Virus record (IMG/VR): IMGVR_UViG_3300025668_000745
Location: 20,644 to 84,643 of that record
Origin: a virus
Length of the DNA stretch: 64,000 nt
Direction: 5' to 3' (one strand)
Below the pieces are notes generated by a model that was not told the DNA's origin, did no database searches, and worked only from the letters and a program-made list of their open reading frames with translations. The position numbers and the translations under genes were made by a program. Positions 50,811 to 58,517 of this stretch are shown here, one piece after another (position 1 is the first letter of the stretch; every line of letters begins with the position of its first letter).

Positions 50811-51418
50811 AAAAACAAAACTTACCTACAATAGCAAATTTAAATCTAAATATTGATTTAGAAAGGTTGCGAAGTGCAACTGATAAATTAGCAGAAGAAT
50901 TTGTAAATGTACGTGCAGCTAATCCTGGATTGTGCATGAATCATGAAGAATTAGTTAAAGATGTTTACGATAACTTTGAACAAATTAATTTAACTACACC
51001 CAGTGAAGTCTTGCCACATACAGCAAGTATTAAAGAACGACTACGGCGTAGGGAAGAACATTTATATAATGTACCAACTGAAGATTATATTGGAAGTTAC
51101 TTTGAAGAAATAGTAACACAATGTAAAGCACCAGCAAGTCGTATACGTATTACTAAACTTGCTCCTGGCAAAACTATACCTTTCCACGTAGACTACGATG
51201 TAAGCTACGCTGTACGCTGTATAGTACCTGTATACGGTGGTAGTAATGTTGTAAACTTATTTAAACGTGATGGAAAACTTGAAGCGTATAATCTCGAAGA
51301 CGGTACTGCTAATTTCCTCAACATAGGATATCCACATGCTGTTGTGAACATGAGCGATAAGCCTCGTATAGCACTAATGTTTAGTTTGGACGGTACTGAT
51401 GACATCACAAGTTTATAA
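50807..51418 (+). CDS. Aspartyl/asparaginyl beta-hydroxylase-like Fe(II)/2OG oxygenase
   Basis: RIRITKLAPGKTIPFHVD; FLNIGYPHAVVN..PRIALM. Confidence 0.8.
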   Translation: MKKQNLPTIANLNLNIDLERLRSATDKLAEEFVNVRAANPGLCMNHEELVKDVYDNFEQINLTTPSEVLPHTASIKERLRRREEHLYNVPTEDYIGSYFEEIVTQCKAPASRIRITKLAPGKTIPFHVDYDVSYAVRCIVPVYGGSNVVNLFKRDGKLEAYNLEDGTANFLNIGYPHAVVNMSDKPRIALMFSLDGTDDITSL

Positions 51419-52187
51419 TTATACAGATACAGAATTAAAAGACCTTGCAACTAAAATACAAACGCAAGGCCTGTCAATACTTCATGAACAACAGTTTACT
51501 GAATCACAGATTGTAGAATTCTTTAAACGCATAGGCGAGTGCGAAGCACCTGGCTTGTTTATGAATCCTAAAGATCACCCAGAGTTATTCTTAGTGTCAG
51601 ACAGAAAAGATGAACACGGTAACAAGACAGGAATGTTTGGCGGTGGCGAACTTGGGTGGCATTCAAACGGTAATAGCAGACATCTTATTGATAAGATTCT
51701 TATTGGACTATACTGCGTCAAAGGTGATCCAAATACAACTCTTAGCGTATGTAATACAAGCGATCCGTTTTATGACTTGTCAGAAGAGGATCAAGCATAC
51801 TGGAAAAGCATTACAATTAGATTAAAGTTTCAAAACGATACAATGTATCACTTAGACGATGACGATCCGGAACTTGAGTTTATGAGTAAGAACAAGGGTA
51901 GTATTAGACCGTTAGTTGGAACACACCCGCATACAGGCAAAGACTATTTCTACTTTCCTTATCACTTTATTATTAAAGCATGGCAAGGTAAAACTCCAGT
52001 AGACCATAACGAAATAATTGAACGCTTAAAACCTATTATATTTAAAAGCCGCTATCAAACACATCACGTATTTGCCGAGGGCGATCTATTAATGATGGAT
52101 CAGTTTACTACATTGCACAGACGTACACCTGTTATGGGCGATAGGTTATTGTGGAGATTAGCAAGTGACTACTCAAACATGGCATAG
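51399..52187 (+). CDS. TauD/TfdA-family dioxygenase (HxN variant)
   Basis: ELGWHSNG; RPLV..HP.TG; HVFAEGDLLMMDQFTTLHRR..RLLWR. Confidence 0.8.
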   Translation: MTSQVYNYTDTELKDLATKIQTQGLSILHEQQFTESQIVEFFKRIGECEAPGLFMNPKDHPELFLVSDRKDEHGNKTGMFGGGELGWHSNGNSRHLIDKILIGLYCVKGDPNTTLSVCNTSDPFYDLSEEDQAYWKSITIRLKFQNDTMYHLDDDDPELEFMSKNKGSIRPLVGTHPHTGKDYFYFPYHFIIKAWQGKTPVDHNEIIERLKPIIFKSRYQTHHVFAEGDLLMMDQFTTLHRRTPVMGDRLLWRLASDYSNMA

Positions 52188-52689
52188 AATTTTTGACGTT
52201 GATTACAATATTGATAAAGTATTAGTTTGGGCAAGAAAACTACAATTAAGTAAGCCAGGTATTCCTATGCAAAACAAAACTTCTCTTAATACTGTAGATC
52301 TTGGTGAAGACCAGTATTACTGGGAAGGAGAGTTTCCTAAACAAGAGTTTGATATATTCAATGACATTATTTGTTTAGACGGAAAATTTAGAGGAATCGA
52401 AACAAGTTGCTCTTTATGGGAGTATCAGTCTCATACTACGCTGCTGCCACACATACACGATACTGAAGAATTAATCGGAGGAGTACTAATTGTTCCGTTA
52501 ATTGGAAATTTTAAAACAAGTATATATCAAGGAGATAAAGAAATCGATAGTGTTGAATATTCTCCAGGTAAGTTATTTTTTGTAAAAGGAAAAGAATTTT
52601 TGCACGGCGGCGAAGCTATAGATGGTTATAGATTAGCTGCATTATTGTACATAAAAAAGGATGTAAACTTGGATGATTATATAATATGA
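52165..52689 (+). CDS. Cupin / 2OG oxygenase-like protein
   Basis: LLPHIHD, LIVPL, FLHGG..YRLA; GTG start after GGAG. Confidence 0.55.
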   Translation: MTTQTWHRIFDVDYNIDKVLVWARKLQLSKPGIPMQNKTSLNTVDLGEDQYYWEGEFPKQEFDIFNDIICLDGKFRGIETSCSLWEYQSHTTLLPHIHDTEELIGGVLIVPLIGNFKTSIYQGDKEIDSVEYSPGKLFFVKGKEFLHGGEAIDGYRLAALLYIKKDVNLDDYII

Positions 52690-53324
52690 ATGTTGTAGGT
52701 ATAAGTTTTAGTCACGCTGAAAATAGTTTACAGACACGGGGATTGTATCTTATGCAAGATATATTGCCTATTAATACAGTATGTGACATGACTAACTATA
52801 ATATTCCAATGTGCAGTTCGAATAAAAGTGACGGCGTTGTTCCGCAATCGGTTGACAATTTGATAAGCGTAATGGAAAGTGCTGATGTTTTAATTTTTGC
52901 TATAAGCGAAGCAACTGGACATTACTGTGCTGGATTTAAAAATGTAATGGACTGGTTAGTAGTAAAGGCAAAATTTAATGCACGCCTTGGAACTGATTAT
53001 GCTATTACAGATACACCCATTTTTGTAGTAACATTTACTCCTGCTAAGAATGAAAATGTTGGAAATAGACATTTTGCAATGACTGTAGATCTACTGGAAA
53101 AGCTGGGAGCAAAGGTACAAAAGACGTCTGTAATACCAGATTCTTGGAAAACTGTAATTCCGGGACATTCCGCCGCAGTAAAACCAGTCTGTCGTGTGAT
53201 TAGTGATTTTCTAAAGTTATATACGCCGAATAGTATAACGACACGTAAAAAAGATGACACCGATAGTTTACATTGGTTAACCAACTACAACGAATGGGAT
53301 ATGAAATGGAAGTCAATAGATTAA
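52686..53324 (+). CDS. Flavodoxin-fold NAD(P)H-dependent FMN reductase-like protein (paralog of 45190)
   Basis: VVGISFS; ADVLIFAISE..AGFKNVMDWL; TFTP..G.RH shared with 45190. Confidence 0.7.
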   Translation: MNVVGISFSHAENSLQTRGLYLMQDILPINTVCDMTNYNIPMCSSNKSDGVVPQSVDNLISVMESADVLIFAISEATGHYCAGFKNVMDWLVVKAKFNARLGTDYAITDTPIFVVTFTPAKNENVGNRHFAMTVDLLEKLGAKVQKTSVIPDSWKTVIPGHSAAVKPVCRVISDFLKLYTPNSITTRKKDDTDSLHWLTNYNEWDMKWKSID

Positions 53325-53968
53325 ACGGAATACCGTGGCCTCGATGGCATACTACGCCGCCAAAAGAACTTATCAAGGTTCCGTTGAAAGAAGAATATGC
53401 ATTACACACTATGGACTATTTAGATACTCCTGAAGCAAGATGTATTTTTGAAAAACAAGCTCAAATTATAATTGATAATAATATACAGGGTATAGTTGAT
53501 ATAGGTTGTCGCATTGGCATAGTAAACGATATACTACAAGAATTAAATTATAAAAATTATACATATATGGGGTTTGATACTTCAAGTGAGCCTATTACGT
53601 TTGCAAATAATAAGTATAAGGATTATAAAAATATAGAATACAGACAGGCAAGTATGTATTCAAAAAAAGATATTACTGTATCTTTTGATGTAGATTGTGT
53701 AATATGGAGCGGAGTATTATTATATGCACCCGACACACATTTAGAGTTATTTGACGATTTGACGTATAATTTTTATAATAGTAAACATGCTATTATTCAA
53801 GAACCATGTAGTAATCAAGATTCAAACAAGTTTCTTGACAATATTGAATTAAACACTATTGAAAAAGATTTACATTTATATGAAAACAAATATAATAATT
53901 ATAAAGAATGTATAGTTAATGCTAATATCTTTTCAGGACGTAGGAAAATAGTACACATATGGAAATAA
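53306..53968 (+). CDS. Class I SAM-dependent methyltransferase
   Basis: IVDIGCRIG, YMGFD, DCVIWSGVLLY. Start placed at ATG 53306. Confidence 0.75.
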   Translation: MEVNRLNGIPWPRWHTTPPKELIKVPLKEEYALHTMDYLDTPEARCIFEKQAQIIIDNNIQGIVDIGCRIGIVNDILQELNYKNYTYMGFDTSSEPITFANNKYKDYKNIEYRQASMYSKKDITVSFDVDCVIWSGVLLYAPDTHLELFDDLTYNFYNSKHAIIQEPCSNQDSNKFLDNIELNTIEKDLHLYENKYNNYKECIVNANIFSGRRKIVHIWK

Positions 53969-54513
53969 GAATAATACCTTACATAGTTGACGGCGAAGAA
54001 AATAAAAAATTATCTAACAACGATTTAAATATTTGCCGTATTGCTATAGATAATATGAAAACACAATCAAAAAAAGATAGACTTTTTAATAATTACAATC
54101 AATATTTAAAATTAGATACTATGGCTATGTATTGCGTTGCTGTTGATAAAAATAAACCTGTAATGTGTACAGGTGCTCAGCATATAAGCAAACATTGTTG
54201 TAGACTGTTTAGTCGTTATTATTTGTTTGATGATTATCGAACATCTCATGTCAGTAATTTATACGATAAGGTTGATAATTTTCAAACAGACTTATACATG
54301 CAACATGCATTAAAAAACAAGTATAAATTATTCTTTTGGAGTCGAGACAAAGGAACAGGATTTTTTAAAAAAATTAAAAACGCAAGACCTGATATATTTA
54401 AAAATTGGACAGTGTATGATACAATGATAGAATTATTATGGAAGGATAATTTTCAGGGTATTATCTATACAGGTGATATAACGTATATTGACGAGTTAAC
54501 GATTAACAAATAA
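53959..54513 (+). CDS. Hypothetical protein, possibly GNAT acyltransferase fold
   Basis: V..KPVMCTG..RLFSRYYLFDDYR resembles the GNAT beta4 region; weak match. Confidence 0.4.
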   Translation: MEIRIIPYIVDGEENKKLSNNDLNICRIAIDNMKTQSKKDRLFNNYNQYLKLDTMAMYCVAVDKNKPVMCTGAQHISKHCCRLFSRYYLFDDYRTSHVSNLYDKVDNFQTDLYMQHALKNKYKLFFWSRDKGTGFFKKIKNARPDIFKNWTVYDTMIELLWKDNFQGIIYTGDITYIDELTINK

Positions 54514-55131
54514 CTTTTCAGCAATCCATCCACCAGTGTCCCACTTGTGTAATCTTACTTTGCGAAAGTTGTTGTGATGCTGTCTATGAAATCCTTCTCC
54601 AGCAATAAAGAAGTTAAGCCACGGAACATCTGCTCCGCCTTCTACTTTATGTCCTACTGTATTAAGTAAACCAAATCCTATTTTAGCAAATACAAATGGC
54701 GTTGCGCAAAAAGCAATCCAAAACAATGGACTAATTATAAAGCTCGCTACATTTACTATGATTAGTATTTTTAACCAATGCTTATGACAAAATACTAATC
54801 TTGGATTAGCATATAAGTCACGTGCATATTTCATTGGTATTTTAGGTATACTCCAAGTAGTAAGCAAAACTTTCCAATAGCCTACGTGATTAGCAGCATG
54901 TGGATCATGTTCTGTATCACTGTGAGCATGATGCATTCTGTGACTGGCAATCCAACCAATAGGAGTACGAATACATGCTATCATTAGCATTGCTAAGCCG
55001 ATAGTCTCAAACCATACTGGTACATTAAATTGTTTGTGGCAATAGTATCGATGTAATAGTATACTGGCACCCCAATGACTGATCACTTGGCTCCATAAGA
55101 TGCCTATAACTAATGCGATTAAAATTTCCAT
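54496..55131 (-). CDS. Membrane fatty-acid (acyl-lipid/acyl-CoA delta-9-like) desaturase
   Basis: Three His boxes HRYYCH, HRMHH(AHSD..DPH) and GEGFHRQHH, plus NTVGH and hydrophobic segments. Confidence 0.85.
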   Translation of the reverse strand: MEILIALVIGILWSQVISHWGASILLHRYYCHKQFNVPVWFETIGLAMLMIACIRTPIGWIASHRMHHAHSDTEHDPHAANHVGYWKVLLTTWSIPKIPMKYARDLYANPRLVFCHKHWLKILIIVNVASFIISPLFWIAFCATPFVFAKIGFGLLNTVGHKVEGGADVPWLNFFIAGEGFHRQHHNNFRKVRLHKWDTGGWIAEKLFVNR

Positions 55132-55155
55132 TTGTACTCCTACAAATGTATTTAT
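55129..55155 (-). promoter_or_regulatory. Late promoter ATAAATA followed by a perfect 8-bp hairpin enclosing the SD and pairing the AUG
   Basis: Minus strand reads ATAAATA-CATTTGTA-GGAG-TACAAATG. Confidence 0.7.
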
Positions 55156-55172
55156 TTGTATTTAAATTACAA

Positions 55173-56933
55173 TTAAACTAAGTTGACCCAAGCACTATTT
55201 TCGTAGCCTTGGAACTTATTAAGTGTGCTATTATAAATCATCATACCGTTTACTGGAGTTAAACCATCTCTTTGTGCAGTTGTCATGTTACCAAGTAGCA
55301 TCTCATTAGGACCACTTATCTTAACATTACCTACAATTTCAAGATCGGCATCTGGTGCTCTTCCAAGTCCGTCGAAACCAGAAGCACCAGTTTCTCCTTT
55401 AATCATAACAGATCCGTCACTATAAATTTTAACAAATTCTGAATAGTTTGGAGTATCTGGATGTGGGAAGAAGACCATTTGATCTGCACTTGCACTTTGT
55501 GTCCAAGCGTTAGATTGGATAGCATTTACTTGACTACCAAAGTTTATTTTAGATACTTCTGTAGAATTTGCTACTGCACCTGATTCTTTTCGTAACAAAT
55601 TAAGAATATTATAATTACCATCTGTAATACCGTATAGCTCTGAAGCAGTTACACTATCAGTTTCAACTCTTCCTCTTATAATTCCGTCTACACCATCTAC
55701 AAGTATAGTTGAATCATCTGCAAATACACTACCAGACACATCACCTATTGATGGACCTGTATGTATACCTACAGTATTACCTGATACGGAACCAGTTAAG
55801 CTACCCGATATTGTATTTGCAACAACAGAATTAGCATTAACATCTCTTGTAGTTGCATCAGTAAATACTACACTATCTTCACCATATGTACTACCGTATA
55901 TGTCCATAGTAATTGTATTAGATAGAACATCAATATCGTCTACCCATATTTTATTCCAACGTTTTCCTGATGTACCAAGATCAAGTGTTGCACCACCAGT
56001 TGGAATTAAACTTGTGTTAACAATATTAGTATTAAGTTGATTTAGATATATTGATCTAAATTTCTTTGAATTTGTACCTATATCAATTGCATCGTCGGAA
56101 ATTGGAGTAATAACAAAATCGGTTGTAGATAACCCAAGTAATGGATCGGCATCTTCCCAAGTTGATAATGAGTTATTCCATACAATAGTATTACCGTTAG
56201 CTGGCGATACTGCACTTACGTCTGTTAGATCATTTAGTGTTGTTGCGCCGCCACCGCCACCACCTGATGGTGCTGCTGCAATCCATTTACTTGTAGCGTT
56301 GTTCCAAGTAAGAACATTGCCGTCTGCTTGCCCAACAATATTAGTATCTATCAATTCGTCTAAAGTAAGATCGCCTGGAGCCCAATTGTTACCTACTGTA
56401 TTCCATTTTAAAACTTGATTAGTAGTAGCACCGGCTTGTGTAAGAGACGAAGTTGATATTCTACCAGTGGATGCATCAATTAATAGTGTACTATCGTCGG
56501 CTACTACATCAGCATTTATTGACGGAGCACTAAATGTTCCATCAATATTAATGTTGTTTGTATAGATATTTTTAAAGCGTTTTTGAGCATTACCAAGTGT
56601 AAACACATTAGTAGTTTTAGGAATAATTGCACTTATTAAGCCATTTGGTTGTACAAATAGCTCATTTGTTGTTACTCTACCGTTTATATTGATATTACCA
56701 GTACCGGTAATATCTTTAGCATTAAGAACTAAGTTTCCACCTAATTGCGGAGTCAAGTCTTCAATAACATTTGCCAGTCCTAAGAACGGATCACCTGTAA
56801 CTGGAAATCCACCAGCATTAATACCATCACCGATATATAATTTCTTTGTATCAGTAGTATATATAAGTTCTCCCTGCTCGGGAACAATTGTCTGCCTTAG
56901 TGCATTGGTACCACGACGAATTTTTAGCGGCAT
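55173..56933 (-). CDS. Tail fibre / receptor-binding protein
   Basis: LKIRRGT..GELIYTTDTKKLYIGDG N-terminus (Mtd_N/hyaluronidase-N-like), TPQLGGNL, LG...KRF/W repeats, LNDLTDV..W repeats, poly-Gly hinge, C-terminal TTAQRD..GMMIYN..FQGY. Confidence 0.8.
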   Translation of the reverse strand: MPLKIRRGTNALRQTIVPEQGELIYTTDTKKLYIGDGINAGGFPVTGDPFLGLANVIEDLTPQLGGNLVLNAKDITGTGNININGRVTTNELFVQPNGLISAIIPKTTNVFTLGNAQKRFKNIYTNNINIDGTFSAPSINADVVADDSTLLIDASTGRISTSSLTQAGATTNQVLKWNTVGNNWAPGDLTLDELIDTNIVGQADGNVLTWNNATSKWIAAAPSGGGGGGATTLNDLTDVSAVSPANGNTIVWNNSLSTWEDADPLLGLSTTDFVITPISDDAIDIGTNSKKFRSIYLNQLNTNIVNTSLIPTGGATLDLGTSGKRWNKIWVDDIDVLSNTITMDIYGSTYGEDSVVFTDATTRDVNANSVVANTISGSLTGSVSGNTVGIHTGPSIGDVSGSVFADDSTILVDGVDGIIRGRVETDSVTASELYGITDGNYNILNLLRKESGAVANSTEVSKINFGSQVNAIQSNAWTQSASADQMVFFPHPDTPNYSEFVKIYSDGSVMIKGETGASGFDGLGRAPDADLEIVGNVKISGPNEMLLGNMTTAQRDGLTPVNGMMIYNSTLNKFQGYENSAWVNLV

Positions 56934-56962
56934 ATTTGACTCCTAAAATAATTTCTTACATT

Positions 56963-56970
56963 GTATTTAT
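56963..56970 (-). promoter_or_regulatory. Late promoter motif ATAAATAC
   Basis: About 30 nt upstream of the tail-fibre ATG (SD AGGAG). Confidence 0.6.
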
Positions 56971-56987
56971 CATATTGTCTAAGAAAG

Positions 56988-57305
56988 TTATTTTCCTTTT
57001 TTTAGAAAGAATTTAGTTCTTTTAGTTATATCTTGCTTAACTTTATGCACATTGAGTCTAAAATCGATATTTTCTATTTGATCATTGTATTCTTCAATTA
57101 ATGTTTCGATTTCAGTCTCAAGGCTGTCTGCGTTGGGAGATTGCATAGATTTTTCTATATCAACCTCCCAAACTTTACCATCTCTAAAGATGATACGCAT
57201 ACTATGGAGATACGCTAAAGGTACTACTGAAACGTCGACATCTTTGAGTATCTCCGGCCAATGATCAATAACATCTTGAGGTAATTTGTTATTAGGCTTT
57301 GGCAC
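56988..57305 (-). CDS. Hypothetical protein
   Basis: ORF co-oriented with and overlapping its neighbour; probable GTG start at 57305. Confidence 0.6.
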   Translation of the reverse strand: MPKPNNKLPQDVIDHWPEILKDVDVSVVPLAYLHSMRIIFRDGKVWEVDIEKSMQSPNADSLETEIETLIEEYNDQIENIDFRLNVHKVKQDITKRTKFFLKKGK

Positions 57306-57900
57306 TCTCTTCTGTCTTTTTTGTTTTGCGCTTAGTAGGTACAAGTTCTTCTGCTTGTTCTCTTAGAGCTTTCGCTTCTTTGAACAATGCATCTGCTTGC
57401 GATCTATATTGCGCCGCTAAATGATCATCTGATAATACTCCAGTGTCAGCATAATCTTGTGCTGTTGACTCTGATGTATAAACATCTGATGCTGGTTGGG
57501 TTGGTTCGGGCTGTTTACCACCGGCTAATTCGTGTATAGTAATACCTTTTTGATTTGCAATAAGTTGGTTTAGCTCTGCTAAATTAACAGTACTTTTCAT
57601 ATCAGGTGTCATTTCAATTAGCTTAGATGCCATCTTTTGGATTTTTCCAAACTTATGAAAACACTGAAACATATTTCTACCATCGGGCAATGTTGCTCTA
57701 TTCATAGCATCGGCTAATTCAATTGCTGTTTGTCCGGCATTGGATTCAATTACTTTCATAAATGAATCATGCTCTTCGGCATTCAATGTTTCTGTTAACA
57801 CTACCAGGCAAGACTCTGCCTCGCCTGGTACTGTTCTATATACTACACCGACCTTCTTTTGATTGGCGGCAACTCTGCCGACGTGTTTTAGTGCGGCCAT
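57292..57900 (-). CDS. Hypothetical protein with C-terminal coiled coil
   Basis: ATG at 57900 preceded by SD GGAG; helical C-terminus QADALFKEAKALREQAEEL. Confidence 0.7.
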   Translation of the reverse strand: MAALKHVGRVAANQKKVGVVYRTVPGEAESCLVVLTETLNAEEHDSFMKVIESNAGQTAIELADAMNRATLPDGRNMFQCFHKFGKIQKMASKLIEMTPDMKSTVNLAELNQLIANQKGITIHELAGGKQPEPTQPASDVYTSESTAQDYADTGVLSDDHLAAQYRSQADALFKEAKALREQAEELVPTKRKTKKTEESAKA

Positions 57901-57901
57901 G

Positions 57902-58192
57902 TTATTCTCCTGCTGGAGCACCCTCTTCTGGTGCTGCTTCGCCTTGTGCTGAGGCTGCTTGTACTGCAATTAAGAAATTACTTAATCTTGTGTACGTTTT
58001 ACCGACGGCTTCCATTTCTGTTGGACGGAATGCGCCACGGGCACTTGCAACATCAATAATTTGTTTTAAACCGTTCAAATCACCAATGCTTAAATCTGTA
58101 TTTTGCTCACCTTGAGCTTCTTGTGCATTTTGTACAAGTTCTTCGGCAACCTCTGGATTTGCTGTTGCTTGTGTTTCAGTAGTTTCTGACAT
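57902..58192 (-). CDS. Hypothetical acidic protein
   Basis: 96 aa, strong SD AAGGAG; IIDVASARGAFRP.EM..VG motif. Confidence 0.7.
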   Translation of the reverse strand: MSETTETQATANPEVAEELVQNAQEAQGEQNTDLSIGDLNGLKQIIDVASARGAFRPTEMEAVGKTYTRLSNFLIAVQAASAQGEAAPEEGAPAGE

Positions 58193-58232
58193 ATAGTTTC
58201 TCCTTTTATAATAATATATATCTGTCTTTAGG

Positions 58233-58517
58233 TTAAGTGTATTTCAAAATTGGACAAGCTAATAAAAAGTAACTTGCTTCTTTTTGATTTTCAAAACCTA
58301 TTTTTACAATCGTTTCAATTTTTGATGTGCTATCTGATATATTTACACTTTTACAAATAGCATACCTTCCTTTTAGATTAGAAGTGATCCATCGTTCAAC
58401 TGCATCGATTGTATTATACTTATATTCGATACATAGCGTTTCGAAATATTCTGGTATTATAGGAAGTTTTCTTGTTCCTAATAATGTATTAGGATTAGGC
58501 TGCAATAGATTCTTCAT
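58233..58517 (-). CDS. Hypothetical protein
   Basis: About 94-aa ORF overlapping the end of the vWA gene. Confidence 0.55.
   Translation of the reverse strand: MKNLLQPNPNTLLGTRKLPIIPEYFETLCIEYKYNTIDAVERWITSNLKGRYAICKSVNISDSTSKIETIVKIGFENQKEASYFLLACPILKYT

Noticed and set aside
56245-56270. GC-rich gccgccaccgccaccacc tract
   Set aside because: Encodes the poly-Gly hinge of the tail fibre; not a regulatory repeat.
55173-56933. Diversity-generating retroelement target (Mtd-like N-terminus)
   Set aside because: No reverse transcriptase and no TR/VR repeat pair seen in the window; the C-terminus is not recognisably C-type-lectin-like.
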